64,000 nt of DNA from Vicinamibacterales bacterium (GTDB lineage: Bacteria > Acidobacteriota > Vicinamibacteria > Vicinamibacterales > UBA2999): assembly GCA_035496255.1 (NCBI GenBank), contig DATJEU010000006.1:10254-74253 (forward strand), read 5' to 3'. Position 1 is the first letter of the stretch, and each line of letters starts with the position of its first letter. Below are positions 53,697 through 61,911 of this stretch, one piece after another. The position numbers were made by a program, and so were the translations under genes. The notes under the pieces are model-generated. The model saw only the letters and a program-made list of their open reading frames with translations. It was not told where the DNA came from and searched no databases.

Positions 53697-54176
53697 TTAC
53701 GGGCGCCACCGATTCTCCAGCATCTTCTGCAGCCGCTCCAGCGATGCGGTCAGGCCGGCGCTGAGGAACTGGTAGTAGCGGCCCCACCGCTCGCCGCTTT
53801 CATAGCCGGTCTGCCGGACGTTCACGACCACGCCGCTCGGACTGCGACGGCACGACACTTCGAATGCCATCGGACCGATCGGCTCGCCATCAGGCGCCAT
53901 CCAGTAGCAGTCGGCGATGAAGAACTCGTGCTGCGGGTCGAAGGTGATCACGTGGCCGTGAAACACGCCGCCCAGACGCCCGAGTACGGGATCGGTCCAG
54001 TCCGTCGGCTCCCATTCGACGGCGTAGCAGCCGAGCGGCCGCGGCACGCACAGCGATTTGTTGATCCGCCACCACGTGGCCAACGTCTCCGGATTGAAGA
54101 ACGCGTCGAGGATCACTTCGACGGGCGCCTGAATCGTGAGGCTGTGGGTGAAGTTCGTCAACTGCTGATCGGCCAT
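53697..54176 (-). CDS. SRPBCC/AHSA1-like (START-fold) protein
   Basis: IQAPVEVILDAFFNPETLATWW is a typical SRPBCC N-terminal block. Alternative start at 54194. Confidence 0.65.
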   Translation of the reverse strand: MADQQLTNFTHSLTIQAPVEVILDAFFNPETLATWWRINKSLCVPRPLGCYAVEWEPTDWTDPVLGRLGGVFHGHVITFDPQHEFFIADCYWMAPDGEPIGPMAFEVSCRRSPSGVVVNVRQTGYESGERWGRYYQFLSAGLTASLERLQKMLENRWRP

Positions 54177-54296
54177 CGTTCGAGCATTGTGCACCGGCGC
54201 GCGCAGGTGTCACGCGGCCGCCGTCGAGGCCGACCGCGGGCCGGGCCACAGCCGCTGCGCACGGACCGCCCCCGGCCGAAGGGATAATGCCGCTAT

Positions 54297-55160
54297 ATGC
54301 ATCAACAGCCGCTCGCGTATCTCGATCCGATCTTCATGGAGAGTGAAGAAGCGCGCCCGCTTCGCATCCTGGCCGAATATCAGGAGCCGCTGCGCCGCTT
54401 CAAGCAGCAGAACATCCAGGACACCGTGGTCTTTTTCGGGTCGGCCAGGATTCACAGCCGCGAGCGTGCCGAAGAAGCGCTCGAGCGGCTCGAGCGGCGG
54501 TTCGGCGCGCGCGCCGGCGCCGAGCGGGATGCGTTGCTGGCGCGCGGGCGGAAGGCCGTCGAGTGGTCGCGCTATTACGAGGAAGCGCGCGAACTGGCGC
54601 GACTGGTGACGGAATGGTCCAAGTCGCTCGCCTCGGAACACCATCGCTTCGTCGTCACCTCCGGTGGCGGTCCCGGGATCATGGAGGCGGCCAATCGCGG
54701 CGCCCATGAAGCGGGCGGCAAGACGATCGGCCTGAACATCCGGCTGCCATTCGAGCAGGGCGCCAATCCCTACATCACCGACGGCCTGCACTTCGAGTTC
54801 CACTACTTCTTCATGCGCAAGTTCTGGTTCGCGTATCTCGCGAAGGCGCTCGTGATCTTTCCCGGCGGCTTCGGCACCCTCGACGAGATGTTCGAGATCC
54901 TCACGCTGATGCAGACGGAGAAGCTGGCCAAGCAGATCCAGATCGTTCTTTACGGCAGCGAATACTGGGATCCGATCCTGCGCCTGGACCCGATGGCGGA
55001 ATGGGGGGCGATCAGCAGCGCCGACATGCACCTGGTGCAGCGCGCCGACTCACCGAAGACGGCGTTCGATCTCCTCCACGCGCATCTGACGCAGCACCAT
55101 CTGACGCCGCCGACGGTGCAGGAAATGAAGGCGCCGGGGATCGCGAAGACGAGGTCGTGA
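54297..55160 (+). CDS. LOG-family / TIGR00730-type Rossmann-fold nucleotide-binding protein
   Basis: TSGGGPGIMEAANRGA and PGGFGTLDEMFE (PGGxGTxxE). GATAAT hexamer 8 nt upstream of the ATG. Confidence 0.85.
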   Translation: MHQQPLAYLDPIFMESEEARPLRILAEYQEPLRRFKQQNIQDTVVFFGSARIHSRERAEEALERLERRFGARAGAERDALLARGRKAVEWSRYYEEARELARLVTEWSKSLASEHHRFVVTSGGGPGIMEAANRGAHEAGGKTIGLNIRLPFEQGANPYITDGLHFEFHYFFMRKFWFAYLAKALVIFPGGFGTLDEMFEILTLMQTEKLAKQIQIVLYGSEYWDPILRLDPMAEWGAISSADMHLVQRADSPKTAFDLLHAHLTQHHLTPPTVQEMKAPGIAKTRS

Positions 55161-55173
55161 ACGTACGCAGCGT

Positions 55174-56337
55174 TCAATAAAGCAGATATGGTTGGCGGGC
55201 TTTCCTGAAGGCGGCCTCATCGTCGCGCCAGCTTGCCGCGATGTCTTCGAGCGTCGCGTTCGCTTCGATCTGTTGTCGCAGCACATCCGATCCGGCCAGG
55301 ATGTCGATCGGCAGCTTCTCGGGTTCGTACTCGTACGGCGGCTGACGCCATAACGCGAATCCCGTCGGGACCGCGTGCTGGAAGGCCTCAATCAGGGCGG
55401 CGCCGGTGAGCACCGGCCTGAAGGCGCGGCGGTCGGTCACGTGCACCTGACAGCCACCGCAGGTCGTCTTCGCGTGCTTCTGGAACGTCGGCTCGAACAC
55501 CGCCGGGCGGAAGAAGACGCCCGGCAGACCGCGAGTGTTCAGGTCGCGCGCGAAGCGTTCCGCATCGACGCCCGGTGCACCCACCAGCTCGAACGGCCGC
55601 GTCGTGCCGCGTCCCTCCGACAGCAGCGTGCCTTCGAACAGCACCGTGCCTGGATACACGATCGCGGTGTCGAGTGTCGGCATGTTCGGCGACGGCATCA
55701 CCCAGGGCAAGCCCGTGTCGTCGGCGAACATCGATCGTTCCCATCCGTCCATGCGTACGACTTCGAGCTGCGCACCAAGGCCGAATTCCTCATTGAACAG
55801 CCGTGCGAGCTCGGCCATCGTCATGCCGTGACGCATCGGGATGGGGAAGAGGCCGACGAAGGATTCGAATCCCTTCCGCAGCAGCGCGCCCTCGACGTCC
55901 ATCCCGTTGATCGGGTTCGGGCGGTCGCACACGATCACCGGCACGCCGTGCCGGCCGCAGGCGCGCAGGCAGTTGGCCATCGTGTAGATGTAGGTGTAGA
56001 TGCGCGCGCCGATGTCCTGCAGATCGATCACCAGCAGATCGAGACCCGTGAGCATCGCCGGCGTCGGTTCGCGCGTCTCACTGTAGAGCGAGTAGACCGG
56101 AATCCGCCGCGACGGATCGTCCCGATGCGGCGTCTCAATCATGTTGTCCTGCACGTCCGACCGGAAGCCGTGCTGCGGACCGAAAATCGCGGACAACCGG
56201 ACATCATCAGCCTCGGCAAGACGATCGACGATGTGGGCGAAGCCGTAATCCACTGACGCGTGGTTACAGACGATGCCGACGCGGGCGCCGCGAAGGCGGC
56301 CTGACGACAGAAGCAGATCGGAGCCGAGCCGGACCAT
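55174..56337 (-). CDS. DUF1343 family (NamZ-like exo-beta-N-acetylmuramidase)
   Basis: VGIVCNHASVD, DLQDIGARIYTYIYTM and NLGATA-like blocks. Start at the Met of MVRLGSDLLL; the track ORF extends to 56412. Confidence 0.8.
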   Translation of the reverse strand: MVRLGSDLLLSSGRLRGARVGIVCNHASVDYGFAHIVDRLAEADDVRLSAIFGPQHGFRSDVQDNMIETPHRDDPSRRIPVYSLYSETREPTPAMLTGLDLLVIDLQDIGARIYTYIYTMANCLRACGRHGVPVIVCDRPNPINGMDVEGALLRKGFESFVGLFPIPMRHGMTMAELARLFNEEFGLGAQLEVVRMDGWERSMFADDTGLPWVMPSPNMPTLDTAIVYPGTVLFEGTLLSEGRGTTRPFELVGAPGVDAERFARDLNTRGLPGVFFRPAVFEPTFQKHAKTTCGGCQVHVTDRRAFRPVLTGAALIEAFQHAVPTGFALWRQPPYEYEPEKLPIDILAGSDVLRQQIEANATLEDIAASWRDDEAAFRKARQPYLLY

Positions 56338-56410
56338 AGGGTTATTAGACAACGTCACAGCCGGACCATGAAGGTCCGACGCGCTGATAAAGCTGAGGGA
56401 AGCACAACTC

Positions 56411-57109
56411 ATGATCGTCAGAAGACCTGCGGGAGAACGGGGCCATGCCGACCACGGCTGGCTCGATAGCCGGCATACGTTTTCGTTCGCGGATTACCAC
56501 GATCCGTCCCACATGGGATTCCGCGACCTGCGCGTGATCAACGAGGATCGCGTGCAGCCCGGTCGCGGCTTCGGCACGCATGGTCACCGCGACATGGAAA
56601 TCATTTCCTACGTGCTCGACGGCGCGCTCGGCCATCGCGACAGCATGGGTACCGGTTCGACGATGACACCCGGCGACGTGCAGCGGATGTCGGCAGGAAC
56701 CGGTGTTCGCCACAGCGAGATGAACGCCTCGACGAGCGAGCCGGTGCACTTCCTGCAGATCTGGATCATTCCCGAGCGGCAGGGCATCACCCCCGGGTAC
56801 GAGCAGAAGCGCTTCGAGAATGCGGAGAAGCAGGGCCAGCTGCGATTGATCGCATCACGCGACGGCCGCGACGGGTCGATCACGATTCATCAGGACGTTG
56901 ATCTGTACGCGAGCGTGCTGAACGCCGGCGATCACGTCGGTCTGTCACTGCGTCCAGGACGGCATGCATGGATTCAGGTCGCCCGCGGCGCCGTTATCGT
57001 CAATGGCCAGCCGCTGGAGCAGGGCGACGGCGCCGCGGTCAGCGATGAAACCGCCCTGGAGATCTCCGCTACCGGTGCCTCGGAGATCCTGGCATTTGAT
57101 CTGGCGTGA
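56411..57109 (+). CDS. Pirin-family protein
   Basis: RGHADHGWLDSRHTFSFADY and the cupin His cluster GFGTHGHRDMEIISYV. Confidence 0.9.
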   Translation: MIVRRPAGERGHADHGWLDSRHTFSFADYHDPSHMGFRDLRVINEDRVQPGRGFGTHGHRDMEIISYVLDGALGHRDSMGTGSTMTPGDVQRMSAGTGVRHSEMNASTSEPVHFLQIWIIPERQGITPGYEQKRFENAEKQGQLRLIASRDGRDGSITIHQDVDLYASVLNAGDHVGLSLRPGRHAWIQVARGAVIVNGQPLEQGDGAAVSDETALEISATGASEILAFDLA

Positions 57110-57115
57110 ACTCAA

Positions 57116-57214
57116 TTCCCGACTCCCAAATCCCAACTTCCAGAAGCAGGCCGAGCGTCTCACGACGAACCCGGCCTCATTGGGCGTTGGGAGTTGGCCA
57201 TTGGGATTTCGGGG
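57116..57214. repeat. Imperfect hairpin built from (C/A)TCCCAA units and their complements
   Basis: CTCCCAA (57123), ATCCCAA (57130) ... TTGGGAG (57187), TTGGGAT (57201). Confidence 0.6.
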
Positions 57215-57259
57215 TGCCCGTCACTACACAAAACTGCTCTTCTCGCCGATACTCCCGGC

Positions 57260-57667
57260 ATGCCTACAACCGGCCGGCGCCGGCGGCTGGCAGCCGCGCT
57301 GCTGGTCGTCTGCCTGTTTCCCGTCACTGCGCGCGCGCAGCAGCCCGAAAATCCGCGACCGTCGTTGCGCCTCCCGACGATCGCGGCGGCATCGGCGGCC
57401 ACGGCCGATTGGGTGACGACGTATCACGCGCTCAGCAACTTCAAGGTGCACGAAAGCAACCCGCTGCTGAAGCCATGGAATAGGGCGCCCGGTCAGCTCG
57501 TCAGTATGGGCGCGCTGATGGACATTGGCGGCGTGACGGCGTGGAACCTGACGATGGGGCCGAAACATCCGCGCATGGCCGTCGCGGGTTTGTGGGCGAT
57601 GACCGCGTTCCGCTCATATCTCGCGATCCACAACCTGCGCAACGAAACGCGGGCTGCCAGACGATAA
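57260..57667 (+). CDS. Small exported/membrane protein, DUF5658-like
   Basis: Signal-like N-terminus MPTTGRRRRLAAALLVVCLFPVTARA. HESNPLL motif and hydrophobic segments. The family call is from memory. Confidence 0.5.
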   Translation: MPTTGRRRRLAAALLVVCLFPVTARAQQPENPRPSLRLPTIAAASAATADWVTTYHALSNFKVHESNPLLKPWNRAPGQLVSMGALMDIGGVTAWNLTMGPKHPRMAVAGLWAMTAFRSYLAIHNLRNETRAARR

Positions 57668-57682
57668 CGATAGCGAACTGTT

Positions 57683-57787
57683 AACTCCCAACTCCCAACG
57701 GCAATCGACCACCAACTCCCAACCGATCGACGACTACTCAGAGCGAGTTTGGAGGTTGGGTTTTGGGAGTTGGGAGTTGGGAGTTCC
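57683..57787. repeat. Hairpin built from tandem AACTCCC units (x2 plus 1) and GGGAGTT units (x3 plus degenerate copies)
   Basis: AACTCCC at 57683, 57690 and 57714. GGGAGTT at 57765, 57772 and 57779. Confidence 0.75.
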
Positions 57788-58010
57788 TGTCAGTCCAGCC
57801 GCGTCGCTGCAATGAGTCGCGCAGTGTCTGCGCTCGCGCCAGCATCCGCGGCTGCAGGTCGAAACGCTCGCGGACGATGACCGCGGATGCGGTTTCCACG
57901 CGCAGCTCCAGGCCGGCGCCATCGCGATAGACGCCGCACGCGATCGAGGCGTCGTTCGATGAGAGCTGCCACAACAGGGCAATCCTCTGGGGTTTACCGC
58001 CGGCCGTCAT
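57738..58010 (-). CDS. Small hypothetical protein (90 aa)
   Basis: High GC3 in frame. Start at the ATG of MTAGGKPQRIALLWQL. The last ~14 codons (NSQLPTPKTQPPNSL) are encoded by the GGGAGTT repeat. Confidence 0.4.
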   Translation of the reverse strand: MTAGGKPQRIALLWQLSSNDASIACGVYRDGAGLELRVETASAVIVRERFDLQPRMLARAQTLRDSLQRRGWTDRNSQLPTPKTQPPNSL

Positions 58011-58035
58011 CGGGTGGGCGCTATTATGCACCGCG

Positions 58036-58440
58036 ATGGTGCTGCCGCAATTCCTGCTCGTCGACGACAGCTACGCCGACGTGCAGGCCTTCATCGCCAT
58101 GATCAAGCGCATCGGGCTCGCGAATACGGTCCAGCCCGTCGCGACGGTCGCGGCTGCGCAACGATTCCTGCTCGAGCGCGAAGCCTCGCGTCTGCCGGTG
58201 GTCGTGTTCTCCGCTGGCGCGATCGCCGATGGTGACGAGAGCGAGCTGTTTGCGTGGATGGAGGAGCAGGAGCTGCCGCTGAGCGCCGTGCCAACGGTCT
58301 CGGTGATAAAGCCGCTCGACATGCACGACCTCATCGCGTCGTTGAAGGCGCTCGCATTACCCGAACGCGCGAGAATCGACACGATGACGTTGACGGTCCG
58401 CGTCGAGTTGTGGCCGAGCGGGACGGTGTTGGACGAGTAG
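58036..58440 (+). CDS. Receiver-like (CheY-fold) single-domain protein, atypical
   Basis: LLVDDS acidic pair and IKPL (Lys-Pro) are present. The expected phospho-acceptor position appears to read VVVFSAG, and the alpha4/beta5 region looks shortened. Confidence 0.55.
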   Translation: MVLPQFLLVDDSYADVQAFIAMIKRIGLANTVQPVATVAAAQRFLLEREASRLPVVVFSAGAIADGDESELFAWMEEQELPLSAVPTVSVIKPLDMHDLIASLKALALPERARIDTMTLTVRVELWPSGTVLDE

Positions 58441-58454
58441 ACGTCCGCCTGGCA

Positions 58455-59513
58455 TTACCCGCGGTCGAACGGCAGTCCGCGTTCGAGCTGCAACAACGCC
58501 TCTTTCCGCCACAACAATCCGCCGTACCCGCCCAGCTTCCCGTTCTTGTTCACCACCCGATGGCAGGGAATCACGATCGCAATCCGGTTCATGCCATTAG
58601 CCGTGCCGACTGCGCGCTGCGCCCCGGGTGCCCCGACCTTTTTCGCCAGCTCCTCGTACGAGAGCGTCTGCCCGTACGGGATCTTCAACAATGCGGACCA
58701 GACCCTTTCCTGGAAAGGCGTTCCCGGCGCGACCAGCGGCACCGTGAAGTCCTTCAGCCGGCCGCCGAAGTAGGCGTCGAGTTCGCGGCGCAACTGCACC
58801 AGGTGCTTGTTGTCCCCGGGTATCACCGCGCAGGCGAATCGTCGCCTCATCGTCTCGATCTGCGTTTCGAGCTTGCGGCGATCGGTGAACTCCAGGAGGC
58901 ACACGCCCGCGGTCGTGGCGCCGATGACCAGCGGGCCCAGCGGGCTCTCGACCCAGCTGACGACGATGCAGTCCTCGCTGCGGGCGCGGCCGGGAGCCTC
59001 GCCGAACGTGCGGGCGAAGGCGTCGCGGAAGCCGCTGTGTGATTCGAAGCCTGTATCCATCACTACCTCGTCGATCTCTGCGCCGCTGCGGAGCTGCTGC
59101 AGCGCGCCGCCAAGCCGCCGTGCCCGCGCGAACGCGTGAAACGTCATTCCGAAGCGGGCACTGAAGAAGCGCCGCACCTGCGATGGCTCGAGTCCAAGCC
59201 CACGCAGATCGCGGTCGTGCAGCCGCCGCTCCGGCTCACGGTCCAGGTGTGCGATGAGCGCCTCTACCCACGGCGGCTGTGAGCCGCCGGCCCGCAAGGG
59301 GTCGCAACGGCGGCACGGCCGGAAACCGGCGAACATCGCTTCGCGCACCCCGGCGAAGAAGCGCACGTGCTCGGGCCGTGGTTTCCGCGCCGGACACGAC
59401 GGCCGGCAGAAGATGCCCGTGGTCGAGACGCCGGTGACGAACAAGCCGTCGTACGACGCGTCTTTCGCGAAGAACGCGCGCCGCATCTCGGCCTCGGGGG
59501 GAATCGGTCGCAC
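58455..59513 (-). CDS. ada: Ada-type bifunctional regulator / methylated-DNA-protein-cysteine methyltransferase
   Basis: N-terminal Ada zinc domain (FCRPSCPARKP...PCRRCDP), AraC-type HTH, C-terminal MGMT with IPCHRVV. Confidence 0.9.
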   Translation of the reverse strand: MRPIPPEAEMRRAFFAKDASYDGLFVTGVSTTGIFCRPSCPARKPRPEHVRFFAGVREAMFAGFRPCRRCDPLRAGGSQPPWVEALIAHLDREPERRLHDRDLRGLGLEPSQVRRFFSARFGMTFHAFARARRLGGALQQLRSGAEIDEVVMDTGFESHSGFRDAFARTFGEAPGRARSEDCIVVSWVESPLGPLVIGATTAGVCLLEFTDRRKLETQIETMRRRFACAVIPGDNKHLVQLRRELDAYFGGRLKDFTVPLVAPGTPFQERVWSALLKIPYGQTLSYEELAKKVGAPGAQRAVGTANGMNRIAIVIPCHRVVNKNGKLGGYGGLLWRKEALLQLERGLPFDRG

Positions 59514-59570
59514 ACGAGCACCTTAACGCACGGGCAAAGGGGTGCTCCACCGGGAAATGAACATCGAATC

Positions 59571-61895
59571 TCAGCGCGGCCGGACGTGAAGATTGACCGC
59601 CTGCTTCTGTCCTTCGCCAAGCGTGACCACGGTTGCCGTACTTCGAAGGGAATCGAGGAATGCGGGATCAGTCCAGCCCTCGTCCCCCGGAGGGACGTCG
59701 CGAGCCGCAGCGACGAAGTAACTGCCCGTCGGCAGGCCGCTGAGCTCGAACCCACCATCAGGCGCGGCGGTCGCCGCTTTCATGAATCGCGAGCCGGGAT
59801 ACCTGCGCGCATCATCGACCGGGAAGGCGATGACCCTCGCTGCCCCCACCGCTCGTCCGCTGGAGTCGGTTACCGCTCCGACCACCTGATTGATCTGGTC
59901 GGTCAGCACGACTTCGACATCCTCGAGGGACTGGTTCGCGCGACCGAACTGCAGCACTTCATCCGTGACGTTACGGCCATTCGACAGGATCCTCGTCAGC
60001 GCCCATCCCGGCGGCAGCTTCGTCGCCTGGAGGCGTCGTGCGCCGCTGATGCCGCGCAGTTCGAACGAATATTCCTTGTTCGGACTGGTTGTCGCGATCT
60101 TTCCCGGCGCAACATCGAAGTCCACGGGTATCGGCGAGAGGTTGATCAGGCCCGGTGATGGCGCTGCGCCGTTGATCGAACTTTCGTACGTGACGTGTCC
60201 GGCGATGCGTGAGCCAAGCGAGGTCTGAAGCTGCAGGTTGGCGACGTCACGAGCACCGACGGTGACCTCGTACGCGAGGAATTCGCCTTCCGCCTCTGAC
60301 CCCTGCGGCCCCCGGTCGGCGTGAATGACGTAACGTCCGGGTGCGACGTTGCGGAACTCGAAGGTGCCATCCGCCTCGATGCGCGCACCGATTCGGGCAG
60401 AGATCGGCGACCGCGGGATGAGCACGAACGTCTGACGCCATGGCCTGCCCGCGACATCGACGACACGTCCGCGAATGCTCGCCGTCGGCGCGGCGACCAG
60501 CGGAACGTCGACACCGCCGACCTCTTCGCCGGCGCCCACGCTGATGAACTGCGCCGTTGCCGCGGTATCGGTGCCCGGGAAATACGTGGGTGCGTACCCG
60601 GGAAGATCCACGGACGGTCCGTCACCGACCGACGCGGCGAGTACGTATCGCCCGACAGGCACTCCGTAGATGCGGAACTCTCCGCGATCGTTGGTGAGGC
60701 GCTGCTCTGGCTTCGCGACCACCAGCCGCCGGCGTCCCGCCTGATAGCGCGTCGTCATCAGGCCGACCCGCGCGCCCATCACCGGCTCACCGGCATCATC
60801 GAGGACGCGACCGGAGATGGCCCCCCACTTCAGCATCGTCACGTCGACGGGATGACGATCCTCGCCGTCGCTGAGCGTGATTTCCGGGCCGCCACCATCA
60901 AGGATGAAGTACGGCAGCGGCGGCGTGTCCGACGGCATCGAGAAGCCGTCCAGGGCTGCCGACAGTTGATAGTGCCCGGACGGGAGATCCGAAAATCGAT
61001 ACGCGCCCGCGGCATCCGTCCTGGTCGTGCGCGCTACCAGTACCGGACCTTGCTGAAAGATCGACACGACAGCTTCTGCCAGCGACCTTCCGTCACTGGA
61101 CACGACGCTCCCGCCGACCGCCGCGCTTCCAGTAACGCCCTTGTCGTCTCGAAGGCTGCGCGTCGCCATGACCGCGATTCGGGTGCTGCCCTCGTCATTC
61201 CTGTTCGGCCCTGCGACGTGAAAATCGATATCCCGCCGCTCGTCTCCTGGTCCGAGCCTGATCGGCGTCGCGGCAGCGACATCGGGCGCATCGGGGAAAT
61301 AGCTGGCGAATCGCGCATCTGCGAATCCAACGACCCCGCTGGAGACGCCATTCGAAATCCCGACGATGGTGCTGCGATCGCTCCGCGCCGAGACGATATA
61401 AGTGCCAGGTGCCAGGCCGCCGATTCGATATTCGCCCCGATCGTCCGTCGTGGCGTTTAGTGCCTTGCCACTGCCGGCGCTCACTGAATCGCGCGGCGTC
61501 GCGGTGACAGTTGCGCTGGGAACAGGTTCGCCGCGGTCATTCGTGATCTGTCCCGCGATCGCCACGGCGCGAATCAATCGAATCTCATCCCGCCACCTTG
61601 ATACGGCGATCTCCTGTGGCACGTATCCCGCCTTCCTGACCCGCAGGGTTGCCGTGGGGGCGGCGGCGACGACCACGCGTCCTTCAAAGTCCGCGCGAAC
61701 CGTGGTCGCGGTGCCTTCGACAACCACGCGCGCGTTGGGCAGCGGCTGACCGCTCTCGTCGGCGACGATGCGCGCACGGAGTGTTCGGGATGTCGCCTGG
61801 CGAGGTGCCTGCGCGCCTACGGCCGTCGTCAGCCATGCGCCGGCGACGACCGCGGCGATCGGGGCGATTAGCGTCTGGCAGGTCCGGCGCGGCAT
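59571..61895 (-). CDS. Large secreted CarboxypepD_reg-like (Ig-like beta-sandwich repeat) protein
   Basis: Signal peptide MPRRTCQTLIAPIAAVVAGAWLTTAVGAQA. Repeated G(R/Q)(V/I)xDxxGxP(V/L)xxAxV units. Start at the ATG of MPRRT. Confidence 0.75.
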   Translation of the reverse strand: MPRRTCQTLIAPIAAVVAGAWLTTAVGAQAPRQATSRTLRARIVADESGQPLPNARVVVEGTATTVRADFEGRVVVAAAPTATLRVRKAGYVPQEIAVSRWRDEIRLIRAVAIAGQITNDRGEPVPSATVTATPRDSVSAGSGKALNATTDDRGEYRIGGLAPGTYIVSARSDRSTIVGISNGVSSGVVGFADARFASYFPDAPDVAAATPIRLGPGDERRDIDFHVAGPNRNDEGSTRIAVMATRSLRDDKGVTGSAAVGGSVVSSDGRSLAEAVVSIFQQGPVLVARTTRTDAAGAYRFSDLPSGHYQLSAALDGFSMPSDTPPLPYFILDGGGPEITLSDGEDRHPVDVTMLKWGAISGRVLDDAGEPVMGARVGLMTTRYQAGRRRLVVAKPEQRLTNDRGEFRIYGVPVGRYVLAASVGDGPSVDLPGYAPTYFPGTDTAATAQFISVGAGEEVGGVDVPLVAAPTASIRGRVVDVAGRPWRQTFVLIPRSPISARIGARIEADGTFEFRNVAPGRYVIHADRGPQGSEAEGEFLAYEVTVGARDVANLQLQTSLGSRIAGHVTYESSINGAAPSPGLINLSPIPVDFDVAPGKIATTSPNKEYSFELRGISGARRLQATKLPPGWALTRILSNGRNVTDEVLQFGRANQSLEDVEVVLTDQINQVVGAVTDSSGRAVGAARVIAFPVDDARRYPGSRFMKAATAAPDGGFELSGLPTGSYFVAAARDVPPGDEGWTDPAFLDSLRSTATVVTLGEGQKQAVNLHVRPR

Positions 61896-61911
61896 ACCGG
61901 GCTCGATCTTC

